A stretch of 62,071 bases of DNA, counting the filler, from an uncultured bacterium (GTDB lineage: Bacteria > CAZSTA01), in NCBI GenBank assembly GCA_964609495.1. It is 6 parts of 6 records of this genome, joined end to end, with 100 filler letters (N's around TTAATTAATTAA, not from the genome) between each part and the next. Parts side by side here need not be neighbours in the genome. Positions count along the whole stretch, not along the records: positions 1 to 10,511 come from CAZSTA010000128.1; 5 more parts are not named here. One strand, written 5' to 3'. Both the position numbers and the translations under genes were made by a program. The notes beneath the pieces are model-generated. The model was not told where the DNA came from, did no database searches, and saw only the letters and a list, made by a program, of their open reading frames with translations. Of the stretch, positions 1 to 8,774 are shown in pieces. How positions within the stretch are numbered: the stretch's first letter is position 1; the number at the start of each line of letters is the position of its first letter.

Positions 1-466
1 CTATATTCTCCGTAATTACGTGTAGGATTGATCGTATAGGAGTTAAAAGCCAAGCGAGAAAATCCAGAGGCCCTGCTACCCAGCCAGAGATCCCACCAGC
101 ATATTGGACCGCTATCGATTTGGGAACGATCTCGCCCCAGATTATCACTAGAAAGGTCATTATCACTATAGCGATCTCAACTCCTCGACTACCCAATAAT
201 TTTATAGCTACCGAGGTGGTGAGAGATGTAGCCGCTATATTCACTAAAGTATTGCTAAATAGGATAGTAATTAGAGCCCTACTAGGAGAGAGCAATAACT
301 TTGCTATTCTCGCTCCTTTGACCTTATTTCTCTTCTCAATACTTTTGATCTGAATCTTGTTTAGGGAAAAGAGAGCGGCCTCTGAACCAGAAAAAAATGC
401 TGAAAGCATTAAAAGAAAAAGCAACACCGAAAATTGTAAGGCTAATATTCCCGAACCTTCCACCAT
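1..466 (-). CDS. CNNM/DUF21 (TlyC/CorC-like) membrane protein, N-terminal part, runs off the window edge
   Basis: Hand translation from ATG 466: MVEGSGILALQFSVLLFLLMLSAFFSGSEAALFSL...IIWGEIVPKSIA. These are the typical DUF21 motifs. Not in the ORF track. Confidence 0.85.
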   Translation of the reverse strand, partial: MVEGSGILALQFSVLLFLLMLSAFFSGSEAALFSLNKIQIKSIEKRNKVKGARIAKLLLSPSRALITILFSNTLVNIAATSLTTSVAIKLLGSRGVEIAIVIMTFLVIIWGEIVPKSIAVQYAGGISGWVAGPLDFLAWLLTPIRSILHVITENI

Positions 467-525
467 ATTAGGGGGAGGAATCCCCCCTCTACCCCTCCTA
501 TTTTATTTATAGTATCATCTTGAAT

Positions 526-628
526 AAAAGGAAAATTCCTAATTCTGGTAACTTTCTAACCTTATATATTTTGGGAAGCGAAGGTTACCAGAACACTTGA
601 GTTTTATTGCCGGCAAAAGTTCCCTTTT
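526..628. repeat. Family B palindrome (543-593) nested inside a degenerate outer family B copy
   Basis: Inner copy: TTCTGGTAACTTTC-TAACCTTATATATTTTGGGAAGC-GAAGGTTACCAGAA. Outer arms: AAAAGGAAAATT...AAAAGTTCCCTTTT. Confidence 0.65.
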
Positions 629-632
629 CTAT

Positions 633-1052
633 TTAGGGAAGCCCCTGGCTCTCTTTAATCTCTCCCTCCTCCGAGGGAATCCTTATACCCTGGACGTTTA
701 CATTTACCTCTACAACTTCTAAGCCAGTTATATTCCTTACGGCTTCTCTGACATTGTTCTGAACTTTGGTCGCCACTTGGGGGATATGAGAGCCATACTC
801 GACTATTATGTTCAAATCTATCACAGACTCTTTATCTCCGGCTTCCACCTTTACTCCTTTAGTCAAATTTTTCTTTTTTAACAGCTCAGCTATATCCCCA
901 GATATCCCTCCACTCATCCCAGCCACCCCTGGGACCTCTAAAGTAGCTATCCCAGCAGTTATAGCTATTACTTCATCCGCAACTTTGATGATACCTAAAC
1001 TCTCCTTCCCTTCCTCCTCAGAATTATCGCTCTTATTAATCTCGCTCTCCAT
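633..1052 (-). CDS. Asp23/Gls24 family envelope stress protein
   Basis: LGIIKVADEVIAITAG...KGVKVE...IDLNIIVEYG...VNVNVQGI. Start set at the ATG at 1052 with an upstream GGAG. Confidence 0.9.
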   Translation of the reverse strand: MESEINKSDNSEEEGKESLGIIKVADEVIAITAGIATLEVPGVAGMSGGISGDIAELLKKKNLTKGVKVEAGDKESVIDLNIIVEYGSHIPQVATKVQNNVREAVRNITGLEVVEVNVNVQGIRIPSEEGEIKESQGLP

Positions 1053-1515
1053 CTTCACTCCCCTTTCCTTCTCCACTCCTCAGTATCTCATTTATTCTCT
1101 CCTTCAGCTCCTGAAGGCTAAAGGGTTTAACTATATGCTCTTCTGCTCCCACGCTAAAGCTTATCTTCTTATATACATATTCACCCTTGACAGTTAAAAT
1201 GATTACAGGTATCTCCTTGGTATCCTCTCTAGCTTTTAGCTCGTGAAAGACTTCGTATCCATCCTTCTTAGGCATCATTATATCTAAGACGATGAGATCA
1301 GGCTTCTCCTCCTTTGCTATCTCGATCGTCTCTTCCCCATCTGTGGCCATTACTACCTCATATCCATCGCTTTCCAGAGAAAACCTGATAATATTCCTAA
1401 TATGTTCCTCATCATCAGCGATCAATATCTTCTTCTTCCCTATTATCTTCTTCCCTATTAAGGTATCATTCATGTAATTATCCTCCTCGAAGCCGAAACT
1501 TAAGTCCCTGTTCAT
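1036..1515 (-). CDS. Single-domain response regulator (receiver)
   Basis: ILIADD, LDIMMP (phospho-Asp), T and KPF motifs. The true start may be downstream of 1515. Confidence 0.9.
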   Translation of the reverse strand: MNRDLSFGFEEDNYMNDTLIGKKIIGKKKILIADDEEHIRNIIRFSLESDGYEVVMATDGEETIEIAKEEKPDLIVLDIMMPKKDGYEVFHELKAREDTKEIPVIILTVKGEYVYKKISFSVGAEEHIVKPFSLQELKERINEILRSGEGKGSEDGERD

Positions 1516-1553
1516 CAGGCGATATACTCCTTCTATTGTATTTAAGTGGCGGA

Positions 1554-1735
1554 CGAAGCATGTAAAACTTTGTGCTGGGGAATATGATTCTCCCCCTCAC
1601 CCTATCCCTCTCCCACGAGGGGAGAGGGAACATCGAGATAAACTCGCTCTCTTCATTTTCCCCTCCCTTGAACGGGAGGGGCTAGGGGAGGGTGATTTAT
1701 ATGAATTCAAGGTCTGATCTGATCTCAAACATCTC
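1554..1735. mobile_element. Family A miniature element flanked by 21-bp direct repeats that include the tRNA-Sec 3' end
   Basis: Left end CGAAGCATGTAAAACTTTGTGCT, followed by the CCCCTCACCCTATCCCTCTCCC..GGGAGAGGG hairpin core. Direct repeats 1533-1553 and 1736-1756 match at 20/21. Confidence 0.75.
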
Positions 1736-1749
1736 CTATCGTATTTAAG

Positions 1750-1846
1750 TGGCGGAAGTGTGTGGGAATCGAACCCACCACGGACTTACTTAGAGCCCGC
1801 TACTGGATTTGAAGTCCAGAAGGTCCACCAGGGCCTATCCACTTCC
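1750..1846 (-). tRNA. selC: tRNA-Sec (anticodon UCA)
   Basis: GGAAGTGG...CTGGA-CTTCAAA-TCCAG, long variable arm, GTGGG-TTCGATT-CCCAC T arm, ends GCCA. Lies 5 nt after the selB stop. Confidence 0.97.
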
Positions 1847-1851
1847 GCTAT

Positions 1852-3759
1852 CTATCTTAGAGTTCTTTTGTTACCAACCCTCCTTGTGAGAGAGAGTTCG
1901 TCGAAGTACTCCAACAAAGGTAGAGCATATTTGCGGCTAGTCTTCAATATATCCCTGAACTCTCCTAATGATATCTCCCCCTTAGAGGAGATCTCTTTTA
2001 AAAGAAGGTCCTTAGCCTCCTCTATAGCCTCTCGATGGAAAGATACTTCGGATGATACTTTGACCAAAATCTTCCTCTCGGACAATAATTGGACGATCTC
2101 CTCGATCTCCTCTTCTCCAAAGTTAAGCTCATCCTTTATATCCTCTATGCTAGGAGGGGAAAATTTATCAGTTAAAAATCTCCTCTCTATCTCCTTCTGA
2201 AGTTGCTCTTGAGCAGGAGAGAGACGGATCTTATGTTCTGAAAGCCTCACCAGATTCCCCTCCTCCTTTATCTTCCCCTCCTCTTCCATCTGCGATAATA
2301 TCCGTCCAAATATGCGAAGGTCTAGTGCTACCTTATTAGCCAACTCTGATTGGGATATCCCCACTTTAAGGGGGTTGATAGTATGAAATTGCGTCATTAT
2401 GTCTATTATCTTCCCCGCTATATCCTCATAAGTTTCATTCAATATAAATAAACGGGAGGTATCTTTGTCCAGAGCCTTTATTTTCCCCTTAACCATCAAC
2501 GTATCGAGAGCATCAGCTACTTCACCCTTAGTCAACCCACTTCGTTTAATTAACTCTTTCTCTGTCAGGGGATATCTCCTTGTTTCTCTAAGTATCTGTT
2601 CCAATAGTTGTTGAGGAGAACCACTCTCTTTAACAAGTAATCCCTTTATTATCTCCTGCTTAAACCTCTTATGCTTAGGGGGATTGCTCTCTAAGACCGT
2701 TCCCCCTCCTATAGTTCTCATCGGGGAATAACTGCGGATCACATATCTATCTCCCCTTTGGGTTACCAATTCCGCTTCCAAGCGAAATTGAACTAAAGCA
2801 GAATCGCCAGGTTTCAATTCCTCTTTATCTATGAGAGAAATCCTACCCATTATCTCGCTCGTCCCTAAGTGAACTCTGACCCTAGCTCTGTTGACGAGGG
2901 GTTTAGGGGCACTCGGAAGAAGTTCAAGCCTAGCGGTGAACATATAGGTTGGCTCTAGATAATCAGGGGTGGCAAGAACATCACCTCTTGTTACCTCCTC
3001 TTTAGCTATCCCTGCCAAGTTGATAGCAGTCCTCTGACCTTCAAAGGCCTCCTCTACATCTTTATTATGAGTTTGAATACCTCTAACCCTGGCTTTCTTC
3101 CCCTTCGGTAATATCTCGACTATATCACCGATCTTTACCAAACCCGATATCAGCGTTCCGGTAAGCACTGTTCCGAAACCCAGAACAGTGAAGACGCGAT
3201 CGATAGGAAGACGAAAGAATCCCTTGTTATCGCGTGGCTTCAACTTAAGAGCTACCTCATCGAGTTTCATTAGAAGCTCTGATATACCCTGCCCCGTCAC
3301 CGCTGATGTCTCTACGATCGGCGCATTCTCTAATCTGCTAGCTTTCAGTTCGTTGCGAATATCCTCCTTTATATATTCAAGCCATTCCTCATCTACTATA
3401 TCTATCTTCGATAGGGCTACCAATCCACTTCTTATCCTCAACAACTCTAAAATATCCAGATGCTCCCTGGTTTGAGGCATAAAACCCTCATCTGCCGCGA
3501 TGACTAACAGCGCTAGATCTATACCACTAGCTCCGGCCAACATATTTTTGATGAAGCGTTCATGCCCCGGAACATCTACTATACCTGCTCTCAAACCGCT
3601 GGGAAGGTCCAGATAGGCAAAACCTAAATCTATGGATATGCCTCTTTTCTTCTCCTCAGGTAACCTATCCGTATCAATCCCAGTTAGAGCAGAGATTAAC
3701 GCAGTCTTACCGTGATCGATATGCCCCGCAGTGCCTATTATTATATGTTTATCTTCCAT
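1852..3759 (-). CDS. selB: Selenocysteine-specific elongation factor SelB
   Basis: [20 protein letters not shown]-terminal winged helices with [13 protein letters not shown]. Confidence 0.98.
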   Translation of the reverse strand: MEDKHIIIGTAGHIDHGKTALISALTGIDTDRLPEEKKRGISIDLGFAYLDLPSGLRAGIVDVPGHERFIKNMLAGASGIDLALLVIAADEGFMPQTREHLDILELLRIRSGLVALSKIDIVDEEWLEYIKEDIRNELKASRLENAPIVETSAVTGQGISELLMKLDEVALKLKPRDNKGFFRLPIDRVFTVLGFGTVLTGTLISGLVKIGDIVEILPKGKKARVRGIQTHNKDVEEAFEGQRTAINLAGIAKEEVTRGDVLATPDYLEPTYMFTARLELLPSAPKPLVNRARVRVHLGTSEIMGRISLIDKEELKPGDSALVQFRLEAELVTQRGDRYVIRSYSPMRTIGGGTVLESNPPKHKRFKQEIIKGLLVKESGSPQQLLEQILRETRRYPLTEKELIKRSGLTKGEVADALDTLMVKGKIKALDKDTSRLFILNETYEDIAGKIIDIMTQFHTINPLKVGISQSELANKVALDLRIFGRILSQMEEEGKIKEEGNLVRLSEHKIRLSPAQEQLQKEIERRFLTDKFSPPSIEDIKDELNFGEEEIEEIVQLLSERKILVKVSSEVSFHREAIEEAKDLLLKEISSKGEISLGEFRDILKTSRKYALPLLEYFDELSLTRRVGNKRTLR

Positions 3760-3767
3760 CAGCTAAA

Positions 3768-4502
3768 TCAATATCTAAAATTCTCATGATAAGGCTCTTG
3801 CTTCTGAAAAAGCCTAACTAACGCTAAACCTACTACGAAACCCCCTATATGGGCAAACCAAGCTACTCCTCCGCCCTGCTCAACCGAAGCTGTTAAGGAA
3901 AGAATCCCACTGAAGAATTGGATGATTATCCAAAATCCCAATACATATAAAGCGGGTATCTCCACTAGACGAATGAAATATCCCAGGAAAAGCAAAGTTA
4001 GGACCCTAGCTCTAGGGAAGAGCAGGAGATAAGCTCCGAGAACACCAGCTATAGCTCCACTTGCCCCTATCGATGGGATCTGAGAATTAGGTCCGCTAAG
4101 GATATGAGCTAGGCTTGCCCCCACTCCACATATAAGATAGAAGATGACAAATCTAAATGGTCCCATTATATCCTCGATATTATTCCCAAATATCCAGAGA
4201 TAAAGCATATTACCAGCGATATGGACGAATCCAGCGTGCATAAACATCGAGGATAATATCGTAAGGTAGATGGGACTGGGTCCTGGCATATGGTATATTA
4301 TAGTTTGCCCATAGCGAACTGGATTGACAAGATCGACATTATGAACTATCTCATAGGGAGTAGTTCCCCAAGAGGCGATAAATAAGTTGAGTCTATCCCC
4401 TAAAGCAAGCTCATATAAGAAAACCAATACATTAATGGCTATGATCGCTATAGTAGCTACCGGGATATTTCGCGTGGGATTATTATCTTTCAAAGGAATC
4501 AT
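3768..4502 (-). CDS. Rhomboid intramembrane serine protease
   Basis: HxxxxHIAGNM, catalytic GASG, AHIGG. Confidence 0.95.
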   Translation of the reverse strand: MIPLKDNNPTRNIPVATIAIIAINVLVFLYELALGDRLNLFIASWGTTPYEIVHNVDLVNPVRYGQTIIYHMPGPSPIYLTILSSMFMHAGFVHIAGNMLYLWIFGNNIEDIMGPFRFVIFYLICGVGASLAHILSGPNSQIPSIGASGAIAGVLGAYLLLFPRARVLTLLFLGYFIRLVEIPALYVLGFWIIIQFFSGILSLTASVEQGGGVAWFAHIGGFVVGLALVRLFQKQEPYHENFRY

Positions 4503-5896
4503 AAGAATACCCCCAAAGCGGAGATTATCTCCTCAACTTCATCCTCAAAGACAGTTCGTAGGTCTAATAGCAATTTATCAGCGGAGATTCGGGCGAGAAT
4601 AGGAGGATCGTTAAATCTCAGTTTCATCTCTAACTCGTTCACCGAAGAATGTTTAGGGACGATGCCCACCAATTTAGTCGGTATGTCTGCCGTCGGGCAA
4701 CTCCCCCCTCCTATCCTAGAGCAACCATCGAGCATCTCTATATCCGCTCTATCTCCCACCTTCTCCTTTAGACGATCTATAAACCTAGAAAGTTTATTTG
4801 TGATATCGGGGAGAGATATAGATATCATATTCCATACGGGGATAGCCTCTATTCTCTTCTCCAAGTATAATCTAAGGGTAGCTTCTAAAGCAGCTATGGT
4901 CAACTTTCCCACTCGAAGGGCTCGGAGGAGATGATTTCGCTTCATCCTCTCGATATACTTCCTCTTACCAGCTATTAATCCGCACTGAGGACCACCCAGA
5001 AGTTTATCACCGCTACAGGTGATTATATCAGCTCCTGCTCTCACACTATCAGTAAGCAGAGGCTCCTCGCTTAAACCGTATCCCCTTAGATCTGATAAAG
5101 CTCCGCTACCTAAATCATACATAATTGGGATGGATCTTCTCTTTCCTAGCTCGACCAATTCATTTGGAGAAACGGAGGCGGTAAAACCTATGATATGAAA
5201 ATTGCTAGTATGAACTTTAAGTAATAAGGAGGTATTCTCCGATATAGCTTCCTCGTAATCCCTGAGGTAGGTCTTATTCGTGGTTCCCACCTCTACTAAT
5301 TCGGCAGAGCTCTTCTTCATAACCTCGGGGATACGGAACGAACCCCCGATCTCTATCAACTCTCCCCGAGATACTATTACCTCCCTCCCCTTAGCTATAG
5401 TATCCAAAGCCAGAAGCACTGCGGCGGCATTGTTATTAACTACTAAAACATCCTCAGCCCCGGTAAGTTTTACAAGTAACCTTTCAAGCGAAGCATATCT
5501 TGACCCACGCTGGCCCTGATTAAGATCGAACTCCAGATTAGTATAGCGACCTGCTGTTTTATCTAGCTCCTCGAGAGCTTCCTTGCTCAGAGGGGCTCTC
5601 CCTAGATTGGTATGCAATATCACCCCGGTAGCATTTATTAATCTCCTAAGAGATATTCTATCCTCTCTCTCCAACTCGTCTTCAATGAGATATAACATAT
5701 ATTCACAGGATAAATCGATCCTATCTAATTCACTCTCCTGACTTTCGAAGATACTCTGCCTGATCTTCCCTAATATCGAGCGCGTCGCCTCTACTAACTC
5801 TTGATGATCGCTAGAGGGGTTTCGCGATTTTAACCTGCCCACCAGCTCATTTACTGCTGGTAATCTTCTCAGGTAAATTTTTCTTTCCGATTTCAT
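4499..5896 (-). CDS. selA: L-seryl-tRNA(Sec) selenium transferase
   Basis: INATGVILHTNLGRAPL, GGSFRIP, SGDKLLGGPQ. Start at ATG 5896, overlapping the upstream stop (ATGA). Confidence 0.97.
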   Translation of the reverse strand: MKSERKIYLRRLPAVNELVGRLKSRNPSSDHQELVEATRSILGKIRQSIFESQESELDRIDLSCEYMLYLIEDELEREDRISLRRLINATGVILHTNLGRAPLSKEALEELDKTAGRYTNLEFDLNQGQRGSRYASLERLLVKLTGAEDVLVVNNNAAAVLLALDTIAKGREVIVSRGELIEIGGSFRIPEVMKKSSAELVEVGTTNKTYLRDYEEAISENTSLLLKVHTSNFHIIGFTASVSPNELVELGKRRSIPIMYDLGSGALSDLRGYGLSEEPLLTDSVRAGADIITCSGDKLLGGPQCGLIAGKRKYIERMKRNHLLRALRVGKLTIAALEATLRLYLEKRIEAIPVWNMISISLPDITNKLSRFIDRLKEKVGDRADIEMLDGCSRIGGGSCPTADIPTKLVGIVPKHSSVNELEMKLRFNDPPILARISADKLLLDLRTVFEDEVEEIISALGVFL

Positions 5897-6441
5897 ATCA
5901 AAAGGAGTATCAGAATTGTTATCGCTAAAGTTGGTAGAATAAAGCAACCAAACCTCTTCGCTATTCCCAAACCCTTGGGATTCCTTTTCCAAGAAGGGGA
6001 GGCTAATAACTTGTTGGCTTTCTTCATCTCATCTACTGCCTGACCGAACTTCTTCTGCTTTCGATATATTACTGCTAGGTTATTATGAGGAGTTGGATAA
6101 TTAGGCTCTAACTGGATCGCTTTGTTATAGCACTTTATAGCCTCCTCATAGTTCTCCTCCTCCTTGCATATATTACCCAAGTTATTGTAAGCTCTTGCGA
6201 ACTCAGGATCCATCTCTATTGCCTGCTCAAACTTTCTTCTCGCCTGATCGAACATCCCTTGCTCGGCATAGATAATGCCCAACTTATTATGACCCAGAGG
6301 AGATCCTGGATCCAGCTCGATCATTCTCCTGAATTGAGTTTCAGCTAATTCATATTCCTTTCGCCAGAGACACATCTCTCCTAATCTTAGTATCTCTAAT
6401 ATTTGCTTCTTTTGCTCATTTCTATCTTCTTCGTTGTTCAT
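5893..6441 (-). CDS. TPR repeat protein with C-terminal membrane anchor
   Basis: 3-4 TPRs (AYNNLG motifs) and a hydrophobic C-terminus. Confidence 0.85.
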   Translation of the reverse strand: MNNEEDRNEQKKQILEILRLGEMCLWRKEYELAETQFRRMIELDPGSPLGHNKLGIIYAEQGMFDQARRKFEQAIEMDPEFARAYNNLGNICKEEENYEEAIKCYNKAIQLEPNYPTPHNNLAVIYRKQKKFGQAVDEMKKANKLLASPSWKRNPKGLGIAKRFGCFILPTLAITILILLLI

Positions 6442-6836
6442 ATCTATCGAACTGAAATCCCCTCACAATTTAGGCTCAATGAAACCCTCTATTAGAGAGA
6501 TTCTGAGTTTTAACAAGAAGCATTCTCTACCTAAATATAACATACTTTCCCGCAAATTTCAAGTAATTTTCGGGTAGAGGATAATCGAAGCTCTCCCAGA
6601 GGGGAAGGGATCCTCCCCTCTACCCATCTTATATTATTAGTTCGATGGAATCAGAAGAGCTTCAGTAGATCACAAAGTTTAGATTTTATTCACTGACAAA
6701 TACATTTTGCAGTTGAAAATCATCGAACTTTTTCGGAAGAGAAACTGTTTTGTCTCGATTTTAGAATAGACTACCAGAAAAAGGGACGAAGATTATCCAC
6801 CTTTAGAATCTGCTGAGATTACTTAATGGCAACGTA

Positions 6837-7709
6837 TTATTCGTGTCTATGAGAGAGAAACCAGTTGTATAGATCCTCTCCCTCATATACACGCGTCCAA
6901 GCATTATGCCCTAGATCCTCGTGTATGGTCAAGCGAACTGTCTTGTGCCCTGCTTTCTCAAGAGCATTCGCCATTGTGTAGATCCACTGTGGTTTAACAA
7001 GGGAATCCCGTCCACCTTGAAAGATCCAAATGGGCATATCTACTTCTGCAAGTCGATGGGCAAGTTCTGGATTTCCACCTCCACAGATAGGTGCGATTGC
7101 TGCCCAGCGATCAGGATGGCTTGTTGCCATATACCAAGTGCCATAACCGCCATAGCTCAGGCCGGTCAGGTAAACACGATCCTGATCTGCACGATAATCG
7201 CGCAGTGTCGCATCGACCATGTTCAGAAGATCCTGTTCACATCTCTGCCAACCGTTTATTGCCCCTTCCTTTCCCCAAGCTTCTGTTGTTCCAGAAGGGG
7301 TATTATCCGGTGCGCGTGTCATAGGCTGATCAGGTCTCTCTTCATCCAGGCGCGGTGGCACACCGGATAGAAGGCGCTTCGGCTTTGGGGATCCTTCGCG
7401 CAAACGAGCCTGATCATGCATACCAAACACTGGTAGCTGTGGTCCGATCATAATAAATGGAAGGTCTCTGCGTTGAATCCAGGCTTCTCCAAGCGGACCG
7501 TGTAGTAATACGTAATCCAGATCCTCTAACCCGTCCCCACGTTCTCCTCCACCGTGAAGAAACAGAATCACAGGCCAGAGTTTTTCTCTTTCTGTTTCGT
7601 ATCCTGTGGGCAAATACAGAAAATACTCTCGTTGTTGGTTCGTAGCCATACTTTGATAAGACTTCCTCAGCAATTGCGCTTCAGATTTTTGCTCACCTGC
7701 GATTGCCAT
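6837..7709 (-). CDS. Alpha/beta hydrolase (predicted peptidase/esterase)
   Basis: PVILFLHGGGE, GLSYG nucleophile elbow, D..V and GH triad residues. Start at ATG 7709 with GGAGGG. Confidence 0.88.
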   Translation of the reverse strand: MAIAGEQKSEAQLLRKSYQSMATNQQREYFLYLPTGYETEREKLWPVILFLHGGGERGDGLEDLDYVLLHGPLGEAWIQRRDLPFIMIGPQLPVFGMHDQARLREGSPKPKRLLSGVPPRLDEERPDQPMTRAPDNTPSGTTEAWGKEGAINGWQRCEQDLLNMVDATLRDYRADQDRVYLTGLSYGGYGTWYMATSHPDRWAAIAPICGGGNPELAHRLAEVDMPIWIFQGGRDSLVKPQWIYTMANALEKAGHKTVRLTIHEDLGHNAWTRVYEGEDLYNWFLSHRHE

Positions 7710-7835
7710 CACCGAACCCTCCCGTTTTGATTTTGAAGGCATATTTTGTATATACATTCCCTGGATGAAATTCTACCTTTGATTTCACCTCCTTGTTTTT
7801 CAAATAGTCCATCAAGTGGACTTTTTATAGATGCC

Positions 7836-7942
7836 CAGTAGATCGCAAAGTTTAGATTTTATTTACTGACAAATCCATTTGGAAGAGAGACTGTTCTGTT
7901 TCGATTTTAAATAGACTATCAGAAAAGCTGAGATTACTTAAT
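7836..7942 (+). repeat. Internal, deleted copy of the left end of the 6663-8746 element
   Basis: CAGTAGATCGCAAAGTTTAGATTTTATT...GCTGAGATTACTTAAT aligns to 6663-6828 with two internal deletions. Confidence 0.85.
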
Positions 7943-7947
7943 TTACC

Positions 7948-8655
7948 TCACTTCTTCTTTTTCTCTTTCTTCTCCTTCTTCTCCTCTTTCTTTTCCTCCT
8001 GCTTAATAAGCCCCTTCTTCTTGCCTTTTCCCTTCCAACCCTTAACTTTAGCTATCTCCAATTTCTTCACTCTACCACTCTTTACATCTATAGTCAATTT
8101 GATCGGAGCCCCTGGTTTTAATAGCAATATCTTACCTAGGAGCTTAGCAGAGATCGGAAGATAAATCTCTTCACCCTTATAGCTAACAACTAAAAGGGGA
8201 GGAGTTACACTGGTATTGACTTCAATAAAATTCGCAACGATCTTAGGTTTAAGGATATTCACTATCACTGGAGTGATAGATATCTCCTCTGGGCTCTCAT
8301 AATCGACGATTATTATCTCTTCATAAGCGATTGTGGGTTGCTCCATCCTTATCTCTACCATCTTCTTAGTGGTATCATCTATGGATATATCTATCGGAGC
8401 ACCTATCTCATACTGTTTAAGTTCAATAAGAGCATCCTTAGTTAGAGGGATATCTATATAATCACCCTCATGAAGCACAGTAATCTTGGGACTAGTGATC
8501 TCGATATTGATCTCCGCGATTATTCCAATGATCTGGGTATCCTCGGTCTCCACAACGGGAGCTTCGGCAGGATTAATCGCTATATCAGCCATAGCAGAGG
8601 TTGGAAAGGAAAAGAGGCTGATGACAACTGATGCTAATATCAAATATCTTCTCAT
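7948..8655 (-). CDS. Hypothetical secreted protein with two similar small beta domains and a Lys/Glu-rich tail
   Basis: Signal peptide (..SAMA-D), internal similarity (IDIPLT..IGAPIDISID / IYLPIS..PGAPIKLTID), poly-K C-terminus. Confidence 0.7.
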   Translation of the reverse strand: MRRYLILASVVISLFSFPTSAMADIAINPAEAPVVETEDTQIIGIIAEINIEITSPKITVLHEGDYIDIPLTKDALIELKQYEIGAPIDISIDDTTKKMVEIRMEQPTIAYEEIIIVDYESPEEISITPVIVNILKPKIVANFIEVNTSVTPPLLVVSYKGEEIYLPISAKLLGKILLLKPGAPIKLTIDVKSGRVKKLEIAKVKGWKGKGKKKGLIKQEEKKEEKKEKKEKKKK

Positions 8656-8774
8656 CTGTTTTGTTCACTCCTTTCCATCAATTAGGTAAAAGAGGGACGG
8701 AAAATTATCCCCTTTAAGCTTAAATTATACACTTTGTGATCTACTGAGCTTCAACTTCATCCCTCAAATCACGA

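Larger units (their letters stand above)
6663..8746. mobile_element. Non-autonomous cargo-carrying transposon (mobile insertion cassette-like)
   Basis: Perfect 16-bp TIRs CAGTAGATCACAAAGT (6663-6678) and ACTTTGTGATCTACTG (8731-8746). 5-bp TSD AGCTT at 6658-6662 and 8747-8751. No transposase inside. Confidence 0.8.

Noticed and set aside
1760-2200. 146-aa plus-strand ORF starting MWESNPPRT
   Set aside because: Antisense shadow of tRNA-Sec and the selB 3' end.
6663-7942. Integron attC-type cassette interpretation of the repeats around the hydrolase gene
   Set aside because: No convincing RYYYAAC/GTTRRRY core or attC palindrome, and no integrase. TIR plus TSD explains the structure better.
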